Assembly (NCBI GenBank): GCA_011109175.1
Contig: RDEW01000030.1
Location: forward strand, 180,094-244,093
Source of the DNA: Dicyema japonicum
Taxonomy: Eukaryota > Animalia > Dicyemida
Direction of reading: 5' to 3'
DNA: 64,000 bases
Every line of letters begins with the position of its first letter. The first letter of the stretch is position 1. Below are positions 1 through 12,194 of the stretch, in pieces. The position numbers and the translations under genes were made by a program. The notes beneath the pieces are model-generated. The model was not told where the DNA came from. It did not search any database and saw nothing but the letters and a program-made list of their open reading frames with translations.

Positions 1-720
1 CATACCCCCCGACCAAGGTGGATTTTGGACAGGCAGGTCTACAGCCGATGTAGTGTGGGGGCACAGAGGATATTGTGCACTATGCCAAAAGTATAAAAAT
101 CTATTGAAATATTTGGCATTGATATGTCCCGGGCATTTGATTCGTACACCGGGGAAAACTCATGGAAGTTCTGAAGTTTTCTTCACCTTGACGACGTTAA
201 AATAATACGCCTGCTCATGCAGAACACTCACCTTTCTGTCGAAATTGGCAAATGTACCTCCAACTTTTTTTTCGACTTCACGTGGAGTTCCACAGGGGAA
301 CTCGCTATCCCTGGTCTTCTTTATTGTTTACCTTGAAGCTGCACTAAGAGAGTTCAGGGCCCCGATTGGAAACAATATGACGAGATAATTTATGCGGACG
401 AGCTGGAATTAGTTTCCGAGGATACTCAAACATTTCTGTACATGCTCAGCGTACTCCCACACATATTTTCGAAATGGTTCTTACCGTAAATCCCGACAAA
501 ATGGAGTTTACAACGCTTACACGTAATGATCGGACGAATCATGGAGAAGGCAAAAAATGTTGGCTCGCTTCTAGGAGACTCTGAAGATGTTACTCGTAAG
601 AAGATCCTTGCTATGAGTGCATTGGAAAAAAATATCGTCAATATGGAGCCACAAGAAGAGGATAGGATCAAACACCAGGCTCAGAATATACAAACAGAGT
701 TCAGCTCAAATCAGTAATCA
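1..720 (+). mobile_element. Degenerate RTE-type LINE reverse transcriptase fragment
   Basis: Frameshifted motifs GGFWTGRSTADVVW, GVPQG-like and KNVGSLLGDSEDVTRKK, homologous to the RT ORF at 31667-32959. Confidence 0.85.
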
Positions 721-1004
721 AGATCAACTGGCCTATGAAGATTTAAGAACTAATCTAACATATCTTCTTCTTTTAAGGGAATCTTCACCAGACTTCCACT
801 TCCTCCTCGGACTGTGGGTCCGCCGCTTCGCCAATGTGAAGAATTGCACACTCTTCCAGTCGCCTCACCGTGTAATAGATTTCGTTAATCAATGATTTGA
901 CTCCGTGTTTGTGCTCGACAATGATACTTTCTAATCTTTTATGTAAATCCAACGACTGAATCTGAATAAGTTTTCCTTCAAAACCAACGACTGGTACATA
1001 TTAG

Positions 1005-1310
1005 TGATTTTGACATTAATCAAATCAAACAGAAATTAACCAAGTTCTTAATTAAGTATCAATATTTTCAAATTCCAAATTATTAAAAGTATTGGTTATG
1101 TCAAAAAATGTAGGTAATTAGAACAAACATAGATACTTAACATGGTCGTGAAAAGTCCAAATTAGAGTTTTCGACATTAATCGAATCAATCAGAAATTAA
1201 CCAAGTTCTTATTACGCATCAAATATATCAAAGTCCAAATTATTTACAGGAATGGTTCTTGTCGAACAATGTAAGTAATAGATCGATGATTGATTCTTAA
1301 GATGGTCGTG
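1005..1310. repeat. Two diverged tandem copies of a ~160-bp unit
   Basis: gacattaatc(a/g)aatcaa.cagaaattaaccaagttctta ... atggtcgtgaa occurs twice about 162 bp apart. Confidence 0.75.
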
Positions 1311-1361
1311 AACTGAATGTGGACTTTAGCTAAAAATCAAATCCGCAATGCTCCACATTAG

Positions 1362-2200
1362 AAAGTACGTTAGTATGAAAAGATTTTTCAGTTTATAGCA
1401 GTATTGTGACTTTGTGCCATTTCGAATAAAGCAGCACCATGTGATCCATCTAATTCAAGTGGCACCTAGTGGCAGGTTGGCACGAAAGGATCATTTGCTC
1501 CTCCCTCCACTAGAAGGGTTTATTCAATCACGTTATACCTACACGCTACAGCATTGATTTCATTTGCCATATGTTTTTCCCTCGAGACCCTATAGGCATT
1601 TATTGCCCTTGGTACCAGATGATCATAGTTACACAGGCGCGTCTCTATGTTCTTACAAATAAGGGATTCCAGAGAAGTTTGTGAGGAAAATTTCTTTCCA
1701 GAAAGTTCATCGATCGTCACTCTGATCGCCTTTTCTAAATAATTTCGATCTTCATACCATTTGACAAGAAGATAGATGGGACCCACAAAATATGAGTAAT
1801 CATCATCTATCCATCCATGTATTGCTTGTTTATTGTTTTCAAGAAAGAATGGTTTCCGATTTCCATTGCCAATTTTCCCTAAGAGATCGTTTCGCGTCCA
1901 TCGCCAACTGCAAGTTTTCATTCTTCAAGTCTGTCTTTCAAGAATTGAATGATACTCTTTCAGCAAATAAAATACTCATGTATGACTCAGAGATTCAGAA
2001 CAACCTTGTAAGAAAAATTGACGAAGATCATGATGTCTGCGTCTATCGTGAAGAAGACAAGAAGCCCTTGGTAAAAACTCCGACGATTTTCTAGGTTTTG
2101 TTTTGCAAAATATTTTTCCCATCTAACTTGAGGTCAATTAATAGTATCCCCACTCTCCTTAATGATGTGCAAAGGTGACGTGAAAATGACTTCTCCGGAC
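1362..2200 (+). pseudogene. Internally deleted duplicate of the 17700-22050 locus, including an ORC6 3' fragment
   Basis: 1362-1870 matches 17700-18225; 1872-2075 matches ORC6 19095-19290 with the intron retained and the donor mutated; 2090-2200 matches 21940-22050. Confidence 0.85.
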
Positions 2201-2377
2201 AGGATTCAATATATCGAAACAGGCTTCAATAAACTGAAACTTCATTATCCGCAATCCGAAAGACATTTATTAAAAATTTCGGATTAATTTATTTTGTTTT
2301 TATTGTACATTTAAATTAATTTAAAATTTAACAATACACATAATTAAAAAGAAGGCTGAAATTTCTATTGCTCAGAA

Positions 2378-2598
2378 AAGAATAAAGAAATACAGCAGCC
2401 TCCTAAACCGTTTCCATGTACAGCCAGTGGTCGTCGAGACGAGCGGAGTCTTTGGCCCCAAGACGGTCTCTTTCCTTAGAGCACTTGGGTGTCTATTGAC
2501 CAAAGCCTCGAGGGAGCGTCGGGAAACCGAGTGGCTTTTCCAAAGGATATCCCTGGCAGTAGTCAGAGGTAACAGCCACTCGATCATATCCGCTGGAC
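2378..2598 (+). mobile_element. CRE-clade non-LTR retrotransposon 3' end
   Basis: Appears identical to 8040-8258; encodes KKYSSLLNRFHVQPVVVETSGVFG...WLFQRISLAVVRGN (RLE C-terminus). Confidence 0.85.
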
Positions 2599-3044
2599 TT
2601 TAGAACGATTTTATTGTTATAAATAAATGTTTTAATTTTGTAAAAAAAAAGAATTATTTGTGGAATAAAAAATACATCAAAAATGACTCTCAGATAATTA
2701 TCTCATATCTGTGAAATAAAAATGAACTTTATTTGGGAATTTCAACACTTTCATATATTCTTAAAAATCGTGAATAATGGAGAAAATATGAAACTATGAT
2801 TAACAAGTCAAGACAGCCAGCTGGTAAACATCGTCAACTTGATAATTCCCTTGTTGAATGGATTTCAAGAATGGATGCAATCAATGGCTTTATTACTGAA
2901 GATATCAACATTTCAAAAGCTAACTTTTTGGTGAAAAGTTAGGAATCAACGATCTTGAATTTAGTAAAGGCTGGCTACACAATTTTAAAGAAAGATTTAA
3001 TCTTGAACTAAAAGTTCTTCATGGAGAAGCTAAAAGCTTCTTTT

Positions 3045-3252
3045 TTATAGCCTTTTCACGAGAGCCATAATATCTATAGCTCCGCATAGGCAGGACACAC
3101 ACTTTATTTAAGTAAAGAACAGTTAATTTTAACTAATCGTAGAACTAAGGAATGATCTTCACTTCTTTTTTTCTTTTTCTTGTGTGTGGGTCCTTTCTAG
3201 ACAATCGAGTTCCGCAGTGAGTATCCACTGATGAGGCGTCACTCGTCAAACG
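3045..3252 (-). mobile_element. SINE family B, 5'-truncated copy
   Basis: Reverse complement of the central and 3' parts of 11093-11410. Confidence 0.9.
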
Positions 3253-3405
3253 AGCTAACAGTTAACACAGTATGAAATTAATTTCAATAGACAAAATATA
3301 ATTGATAAGTTAAAAGTTGACCCTGAAGTATCTGATATATGAAAACATAAATATTAATTACAATTAAATTAGTATTTTTATTACCTTCACAATCCGAAAA
3401 CCTTC

Positions 3406-3722
3406 GTGACGCCATGTGGTGCTGCGTGGTTAACTGGTTAAGTTTTCTGCTTGCTTGTCTGTTCCTCCTCTCTCTTCCTAATAGAGTGGCATCATGTGAT
3501 CCACCTGTCTAGGTTACGCCCAGTGCCAGGCCGGCACGAAAAAGGATCATTTGCTTTTCCCCACTCCACTGTGGGGTTTCCACAACTGCATGTAATAAAC
3601 GTCTTACCTTTTATGTTGATTCCGGATGGACTCTGTTTCTGTACAAGTGGAAACTTGATACACTTTATTAGTTGTTTACTTTAACTTCTTTCTCGGTGTT
3701 TCCGGGGTTAATAAATAATAAT
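3406..3722 (+). mobile_element. SINE family A, full-length copy
   Basis: Matches the reverse complement of 56170-56485; A-box-like TGGTTAACTGG; ends ttccggggttaataaa(taa)n. Confidence 0.75.
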
Positions 3723-3837
3723 AATCCAAAAACCTTCACAATCCGAAAGGGATCGAAATTTTTTGATTCGGATTAATGAGAGTTTACTGTATTTTAAATG
3801 AAATTGAATCAAAAAATTACATCTAAAGAATATTATT

Positions 3838-4097
3838 TGTTAAAAAACTGATTTTAAGGAAGATTCCTGTAAAATAGGGAAAGAATGAAAACAAACGAGA
3901 TTTCAGCAATAATTGAATCAACTTAAATATTAATTTCCTCGTTTGATCATTCATTGTTAATGGAATGCCAGGCAACCTAAGTGGAGAGGTCATTTAAGAT
4001 TCTTCACAAAATTTTAACGAAAGATTGAAATTTCCTACAAGAAAATGTATAAAAAATTAAATTAACTATTCATTTTTAGGTCAACTTTTTATATTCT
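3838..4097. repeat. Dispersed ~260-bp repeat, second copy at 24010-24262
   Basis: Direct similarity ttttaaggaagattcctgtaaaatagg ... ttttaggtcaactttttata. Confidence 0.85.
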
Positions 4098-4129
4098 GGA
4101 ATCACCGTGCTTCTGAAAAGCTAAATAGT

Positions 4130-5300
4130 GCCAATTATAAACATCTACATAACCCTTCCAAGCTCTTGCAAGAATACACGTTTTCCACGGTGGAACTCAA
4201 AAAACTTGTTATTATGTGGAGATCCTTCATAAGAGTTAACTAGGCAATATAAAAGAAAAGTCCTACTTACTAATAAATACAAAAACACGTACAAAACCAT
4301 AGACACCACTACTCTCAATCAAACACTAGCCTCCCTCGACGTTACCTCCCTTGTTATGGTTTACGAATTCAAAATTGACTACAACCAATTCCATATCTTG
4401 ATAAAGGGGAAAGCCCTCACCGAGAAGAAACTCCTAAGAACCATGAACTATGTGGACGACAACCTATTTGATTTCAACACAGAAACCTCCAGTTTTACTG
4501 ATATGCCCTGCTCTACTTCAACAGGACTGTACAAACTCTATCAGAAGGAATCCACCGTCTCGTCGCACAAGACGTTTGAGGACTAATTAAGGAAAGCATA
4601 CAATCAAAAGCCTCCATATAAAAACCCAAGAAATCAAGGACAGGATCAGATCTCCGGAAAAGGTGACCTCTATGGAAATCAATGAAAAAGAAGGAAACTT
4701 GAAAACGATTGACAAAGCCCTGAACATGCAAGATGCCCTCTTGAAGAAGCAAAAAATACTTCGACGCTTAATCAATCATAGGTAACACCCAACTGTGACG
4801 ATATGAAAAATAAAAAAATTCCAAGCAAAAACATCCAATACTACGCATGTTTAAGTTTTATTCCTCACAAGAAGTCTCACGGTCTTCCCCTCTCTTGCAT
4901 CTTACCGAAACGGGACGTTACTAAATTGCTAGGAAAGGCGATTTAATAGCTGAACTCCACTTATTCAACTGGTCAGGCGGCATTCCAAACGTCGTACTGA
5001 AAAACAGGGGCATGTACGGTATCCTTGCCTTAACACTGATATACAGGATGTCAAGTAATTGGAACTTCATTCTGATCATTTGGAAATTTTCCGATATAAT
5101 ACTGATCTTGAAACCTGGGAGACCAAAAGCCGATATCTCTCCTTTGCACCTCCATAAAAGTCCTAGAAAAGTTTATTCTGGAACTGATTCGAACATTCTT
5201 CTGTGTGGCTCTTTCCAACATGGATTCTAGAAGGGTCTTTCAACGATAACCGACCACTCAACCCTAACCAGATTCATTTCAGAGACATTAAAGACTTTAA
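4130..5300 (+). mobile_element. Degenerate APE-RT LINE remnant, duplicated at 28040-28940
   Basis: IINIY and LLCGD (APE-like) motifs and IWKFSDIILILKPGRP (RT domain start); close copy at 28040-28940. Confidence 0.7.
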
Positions 5301-6069
5301 TATGGTCTATTGACGGCTTTCGATTAAATCCAAAAAATACATAGCTCAGATATTCCAAGTAAATTGAAAAGATGGATTGATAAGTCCATCAGCGGGTCAT
5401 CTCCCATGAAACATATGGAAAGTCGTGAGAGCTTAAGGGGAACAATAAGATGGTTGCTAAGAGAAACCCTGATCACGTTCATTCTTTATTAAATTAATGT
5501 TTAAGTAGAATGAAGTTTTTATTAATAGCTAATATATGTATATATTAGCTAACCATCTTGAATCTAGATAACATGCCTACACCGAGATTTACTCGGCCAA
5601 CATACCTCATCGTTTCTCCTAAGGATCAATCTCAAAATATAGAAGATCGTATATAACCTCAGGACAACTCTATATTCTTGCCAAAATTAAAAACTTAGAC
5701 GTATCGACGGTATTTTTTGTTAGGAAACCGGAAATGTTTATTTTATGAAACCTCATGGATACTGGCCTCACTTCCAGTGAAATTTGGTTGTCTTCGAATT
5801 CGCTGGACTGTGGATGTTTTTCTCCCGACGCATTTTCCCACCCTAATTGGTTCCAATACATAGATCAAGAATTATACACTCCCTTCCCGAATTCTCGCTC
5901 GATGTGGACGTAAGCCCGGGAGACTTGGAATTCCTTCATTCGTTCATTTTTCTATACAAGACTATCAGCGTAGTCTGGATTCTTGGTGGGAGTTTTTGAA
6001 AATCTCTTAAAATCGTAAACCAGCATCACTGTGCCTACATGTTGTCTGAATCTTCTCCCGTGAATGAGG

Positions 6070-6225
6070 GCCGGCTCAACACCATCCCAAGCGGAGCACT
6101 GGAAACGTTTCTGACGAGGATTCAGTTAGAATTGGAGTCTCGTTACGTTTTGGACTCAAGATTTGTATCCCACATCTGTGTCGATGCTGTGATCTGATCT
6201 ACCGTTTGGTTCAGATTCACTCGCC
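6070..6225 (+). mobile_element. CRE-clade fragment (zinc-finger region)
   Basis: Frameshifted LNTIPSGAL..FLT.DSVRIGVSLRFGLKICIPHLCRC. Confidence 0.7.
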
Positions 6226-6489
6226 TGTAAGAAAAGTACTTGAAGATCTCCGAGATACATAACACAAACAGAGTTGTCACCAATCGGTTATCTTTCTTAG
6301 CTTGAACATGTCGGCTTATGTACGAATGATGGAAAATGGCCAGATGGGATATCATTTTTCCGTGTGAAGTCGAGAAGCCTTTGATGATGGATCACGGACA
6401 CTGTTTCCGCAAATTACATCAACCTGAGTGCATCCAAAGCCTGCTCGGCCTATTTCAAAGCCGAACTATCGAAAAAATATGCTCCCCTC

Positions 6490-7445
6490 AATTTTTTTTA
6501 TTTTTTCAACATTCCTGTAAAAATGTCGTATTTTCTCCCGCGTTAGATGTGTTAGAGAATAGTCCAAAGCATTTTGTATTAATTGAGCTCGAAATTCGGT
6601 CAGGTTTCATTTCCTGCTGCAATAACATCATTATGGAGATTGTTGTGATAAATACGTCTTTATCCCAGCCTTAAGAATGGAAAAATCAGCCTTCGCGTGG
6701 ATTAAGTTGAGGAGAATATGGTGCATCAAATCTTCGTATAGTAGATTCTACTCGTATACCTTCAAAATTTCCTTGTTTTATGGATTAAAGCATTATCCAT
6801 ATAAATAATAAGTTCCTCTCCAGCTAAACTGTCAGATAATGCCATCATAAAATTGATAAATTTCGATTTTATAGATCCAATGTGTGATTCAATTCTCACA
6901 ATTGTTCCGTTGTCATAATTGCTAAAATAACGTTGAGATTCACTCTTTGATTGCCCTTACTGGAACTATCGCACGTGATCCTATATAAAGAGATTGAAAT
7001 TTGTTTCGTCCAAATGTATTTTTCTATTTGTATTACGTTGATAATCCAATGCAAATATTTTTTTTCTATATTTTCCAGACTATTCCTGGAAATTGGTTCT
7101 CTTCGCAGCATTTTGTAGTAATCAATCGGCCATCAAGTCGGTTATATATTGTCGCAATACAAACTTTATTATTTACCAATGTTCGTATTTCCTTCAGTGT
7201 TATCGATGGATTATTCTCATTTTTTTTCAATTGTCAAATTCACATCATCATCAGAAAGTTTAATCGTAGCATCCCTTCTACCTCCAGTTTACAAACATAC
7301 GGATTTCCACTTTTTACGATGGATATAGCTGTTGTCCTTTGACTCCAAGATCTCGAGCAAGTTGTATATAATCGCCACTTTCTTTATCTTATTTATAAGT
7401 GCTCTTCTCGAAGCTTTTGATATTTTGAATTTTTTCTTGACATAA
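6490..7445 (-). mobile_element. IS630/Tc1/mariner-like transposase pseudogene
   Basis: HTH GDYIQLARDLGVKRTTAISIV, ENNPSITLKEIR, RNSLENIEK, LNVILAI, IIYMDNALIH and APYSPQLNP motifs across several frames. Confidence 0.8.
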
Positions 7446-7559
7446 AATTGGTACAAGAACAACGAATCAAGAAATATAAAATAAATCACAAATCGTATTT
7501 GGATCAAATATGATAAACGAAGTCAAAATTGATATAAAAAATGTCAAAATAGAATATCG

Positions 7560-8268
7560 CAATATCACACCGACGAGCCTGTCTTTTAACTGCAAGATGC
7601 GAGTGGAGCGGGGCTTGGATCAATGCCCTACCCATTGGAAACGTGGGAACTCACCTAGACGATGAAACGGTCCGCACCGGAGTCTCCATCAGACTTGGAT
7701 TGAAAGTTTGTCAACCCCATGAGTGCCGATGCGGCCGGAAGGTCGACTGCTATGGACATCATGCCCTTTCTTGTCGAAAAACGCAGGTCGATTCGCTAGA
7801 CACAAGGCTATAAATGAAGTTGTGAAGCGCCCTCGATTTGGCAGGATACCCATCCATTCTAGAGCCACGGGCTTAAGTAGGGATGATGGGAAGCGACCCG
7901 ATGGAATTACTGTCTTCCCCTTCTCTCGGGGCAAATGCTTAATTTGGGATGCTGCCTGTACTGACAGCTTTTCCCAGTCGAAACTTTTGAGGTCGGCAAT
8001 GAAAGCGGGAGAGGCCGCCCGTTTATATGAAAACTCAAAAATAAAGAAATACAGCAGCCTCCTAAACCGTTTCCATGTACAGCCAGTGGTCGTCGAGACG
8101 AGCGGAGTCTTTGGCCCCAAGACGGTCTCTTTCCTTAGAGCACTTGGGTGTCTATTGACCAAAGCCTCGAGGGAGCGTCGGGAAACCGAGTGGCTTTTCC
8201 AAAGGATATCCCTGGCAGTAGTCAGAGGTAACAGCCACTCGATCATATCCGCTGGACTCAGTAATTAA
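7560..8268 (+). mobile_element. 5'-truncated CRE-clade retrotransposon (CCHC finger and restriction-like endonuclease)
   Basis: ORF 7723-8268: RHKAINEVVKR...DGKRPDGITVFPFSRGKCLIWDAACTD...VVETSG. Confidence 0.9.
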
Positions 8269-9165
8269 CTACTCATGTTTCCTAATAATAAATTGTCAAT
8301 ATTGTACATCGCTTTGTCAAATTTGATATAAAAATGTCAGAATTGAACTGGAAATGGTATAGTTGGCAGGTCAGATTTCCGTGCGTTCGGAATTTTTATT
8401 TCTTAATAACAACTATTCGAAACTTAGATCAAAACGAGCAGAGGATGTTTTGTTTGTTCCGCTCGTAGTTGAAAAGCCCGATTTCCTCGGACATCGACTC
8501 TAGAATTCTTGGGTCGTTTAGGAAATCTGATTTTTATAATCACAGGAGATCTCAGTAAACGTTGCTCGTTATTTGATGTTCAGGAGACTTTGTCATCTTA
8601 GGGAAGTCTCGATTGCGTTCATTTAATAAGGATTCTGATAGTGTACTAAATAAATGTCGCATGCCATCGCGTCCGGCCGTGCCATAATGTCCAGGCAAAT
8701 TCTTATGTTCGAACATCTCACAACCAATGTTTAATCACTGAGTAAAAAATCGATTTTTTTGAAAAGACAAGTAATATGGAGGAAATACAATTAAGAAGTA
8801 AAAGGAGTTCTTTTACTATAATCGACAGTAAGCATTTCCAATTTATCCCAGAGGACGACGATTTGTGCAGAGTTGTTTCTAACACTGGTGCATCTGACAC
8901 TTACTATTTCGACAAGTTCCCATATCCGGTGTCACTTGAGTAAATCAAGATGAAGGAGTATAGGTTCCATCTTGAGGTGATTCAGACATATAGTTCAATG
9001 CAACTACGAGGCACTATTTCTCACTTAACTAAATCAGCCTTCTGACCACAAGGTTGATTAGTCTCTCATAACACTAAAGACCAATAAATCAACGTAACTG
9101 TCCTCTCAAAGCACGACTATTAACAAAAAAGAACGTATCAATAAATAGAAAACGAGTCATGCCAT

Positions 9166-10102
9166 TTAAGCCATAACAGTTCCTTTAGCTTTGGCATTTT
9201 GCTTCAGCCTAAGCTCTCTGTCAGCCATAGTAGATAGTTTAATGCCCTTATCATTGGTCAACGAAATCCACGGAGTATTCCCTCGTCCAATAATAAATAT
9301 ATTTTGCATCCTAAAATCATTCAAACACCAAACCGAGTACAAAACTTGTTATGAGCCTGATCTTCCACATAAACAATGTCATACACACCAGGGTGTTTCT
9401 CAATTTTGTTGACCACCCCAACTCTACCAAGGTTACGATCCCCGGTTATGATGCACAGATTCCCTGGAGATGAGGAATAACTCCAACCTTTGTCCATGCT
9501 TATGTGGTCCCTAATTTCCCCAGTGGCCAAATGAAACATTATAGTGTCGTTAGCCTTTACTGCGGGATTTGGAAAACGGATTGTCCGACCGTCATATGTG
9601 TATAGATATGGGATCTTTTGAGGTCCAATTATCGTTTTCTTAACCTTGCAGAGCTTTACCTAGGGAGATGAGACTCTTTGTATACCTCAGCCTCGGCTTC
9701 TCCTATTGGAGTCGGCTTGAATCTTCCCTTGGCGTCGTAGAGCATCCTGTAATGTTTGTTCACCTTGGATAAAGAAATCACGTCTGGCATAGGGAACAAA
9801 GCTTACCCATAAGTCCGATCGGAAAGCGATGGTCTGTTCTGATTTTCTTGTCTACCATTACAACTCTTCTTTTGGCTATTTTCTTTGTCTCTTGATAGTT
9901 GAGGGCAAATTTGAAGTATTCACGAAGTACCAATGCCATCGGAATACACTCTCGCTGTTTGTGAGGGCCTGATCTTGGCTTTGGGGCAAACACTCCGCCC
10001 AATTTACTGAGCATCCACTTTTTTGGAGCATTTACTCGTTTCAAATGTCTCTTTATTCCTTTAACACCCTATAAGAATATTAAGTATATACGTGCTAACC
10101 AT
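9166..10102 (-). CDS. RPS4: 40S ribosomal protein S4; 6 exons with introns of 31, 23, 26, 24 and 23 nt; intact
   Basis: Spliced product MGVKGIKRHLKRVNAPKKWMLSKLGGVFAPKPRSGPHK...DGRTIRFP...GRVGV...KGIKLS; all introns GT-AG; first intron directly after the ATG. Confidence 0.97.
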
Positions 10103-10269
10103 ATCAACACGTTTTTACAATTTAATTAATTCAATTATTATATTATTTTTTTTAATGTGTGAAAAATTTATTAACACTAAAATATTATTCACACCTATGT
10201 TTGTCACCACACGTGGCAAACATTGTTCTGAAGTGCGAGAAGAGGATCAATGTATTAAAATGTGTTTCT

Positions 10270-10660
10270 GGAATATGAAAGACAGGTACCCACCCGGTCT
10301 TGATGAACATTTACAAGCAATACATCGAACCATGCTTCTCGTCGTGTGCTTCGTGGGAACCTTCATTATCATGGACGAACATTAAGAAAATCGAGGACGT
10401 TTAAAAGAAGGCATTCAGAATGACGAAGCGGTGGTCTTGTGGAAAATTCAGAACCGGACCGACTACTCTGGAGGCCCTCATTAAACAAAACTCCGGCATG
10501 CGGGAAGGTGGCCCTGCAAATACAGTCAGCCCTGTACGAGCTTGTGTGGGTACGAGGAAGAGCACCGGGATAAATGAGGATTTTGGCGGAGCGCATCGGG
10601 ATCACGTGATAGTTTGTTTTGGTTTTACCGTGGTCTTGGGTGTTAAATAAATAAAATAAA
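10270..10660 (+). mobile_element. APE-type LINE RT C-terminal fragment with A-rich tail
   Basis: IYKQYIEP...SWEPSLSWTNIKKIEDV.KKAFR; related fragments at 1520-1800, 17940-18130, 21700-21830 and 33194-33556. Confidence 0.6.
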
Positions 10661-10661
10661 T

Positions 10662-10742
10662 TAACTATGGGGAGAGCGGCTGCTGACATCACGGAGTAAG
10701 CGTTTCAACTACGATTCCAATTCGCTGCCTCAGCCAGACCGC
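10662..10742 (-). mobile_element. CRE 3' terminal fragment
   Basis: Near-identical to 20258-20340. Confidence 0.8.
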
Positions 10743-11092
10743 TTATTATATTACTTTAAAAAATATAATAAAAACCACTCAGAAAGATTGGCGGTAGAAA
10801 GTCTGTACACAAATAGCGTCACCCGCAAGAGATTCGCTGATAAAGTGGACGTCTTCGTCTCAAAGGTGGACATGAGAGGCTCACCAAGTCAGCGTTAAGC
10901 TTCAACAACTAATGGACTTTTAAATATTGCCCAATCACTGTTGAAGATGTCTCAAGAAGGCCACAATTGGCTCTTCTATAAGATAGACTTGCTATCGAGT
11001 ATACAAAAAAATTTGAGACTCCGGGCTGAGAAAGCAAAAATGTCCAAAAAAGGAAGTATTATAAAAGAATAAAGAACTCTTTTCTGCCGAAA

Positions 11093-11410
11093 GCTGGGTG
11101 GCATAGTGGTTAGGTGTCGGGCTTAAGTGGCTTAGGCTACGGGTTCGAATCTCGCTTCTGTTCACCAGTGGAAGTTACACGCATCTACGATGCTAGAAAG
11201 GGTTTGACGAGTGACGCCGTCATCAATGGATACTCACTGCAGAACTGGATTGTCTAGAAAGGACACTCACACAAGAAAAAGAAATAAGAAGTGAGATCAT
11301 TCCTTGGTTCTACGATTAGTTAAAATTGACTGTTTCTTTACTTAAATAAAGTGTGTGTCCTGCCTATGCGGAGCTATAAATACTATGGCTCTTGTGAAAA
11401 GGCTTTATTA
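11093..11410 (+). mobile_element. SINE family B, full length (tRNA-like head, central domain, RTE-derived tail)
   Basis: A box TGGCATAGTGG, B box GGTTCGAATC; tail gagctataaatactatggctcttgtgaaa shared with RTE LINE ends; three or more full copies in the window. Confidence 0.9.
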
Positions 11411-12194
11411 AGTCAAAAAGAATTTAAGAAAAATTTTCTCAATTTATGATCCAAATTTCACCTTCTGGAAAGAGAAAGGTGATATATCGATAATTATCAA
11501 TATTTTAAAAATAGTTCAAATAGATATTCTCTAATGTTTGAATTTTTATTTTATTATGCTTTACTTCTAAATTGATTTTAAAATTCTTGTGTTTTTTTGA
11601 AAATTTATTTAAAAACGATATATCTTAATTTAGCAAATCATTTAAAAGATTCCTAAAAATTGAGATTCGTGTAGATAAAAAATTAAATATATAAAAAAAA
11701 CTTTTATAGGATCCGAGTTTTATTCAACGGAAAACACAACTGAATCAATATTAGTAGCGGCTTCTAAACATTTCTCAAGATAGAAAGAAGTCGTTTGGCA
11801 TAAAATCAAATACGTTTCCACTCACTCATGATACCTATTGTCAGATCTGCCAATACCACATTGTTTGATGCTGTAACACATTTTTTTGGTTTTTTGGTAA
11901 TTAAAAAAGTGAAAGATAATGTTTCGTGACAAAGGAGACATTTCGCGGTTCATTGTCTTTCGTGTTGATAATTTATCAGACTTCATGTTCTCTGTGTATG
12001 AAATTTTAGAATATAATATTAAGCTGTTCACTTCTCTTACACGATAATCTTTTTCTGTTAAATTTCATAGATTTTGCAAGGTTAAATCGTTTTCAATAAA
12101 TTACTAAATAATTCAATATATCCTTCATAATTATAAAAAAATTATAATATTGAAAATAAAGTCGTCAATTAGATTCAATATTAGAAAAAAAAAA

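Noticed and set aside
3225-3252. CTGATGA...AAAC hammerhead-like core on the antisense strand of SINE B (also ~13330)
   Set aside because: CAAA replaces the required GAAA and no stems I and III could be built
11093-11165. SINE B heads as functional tRNA genes
   Set aside because: No closed acceptor stem or valid anticodon arm; always followed by the same central domain and LINE tail
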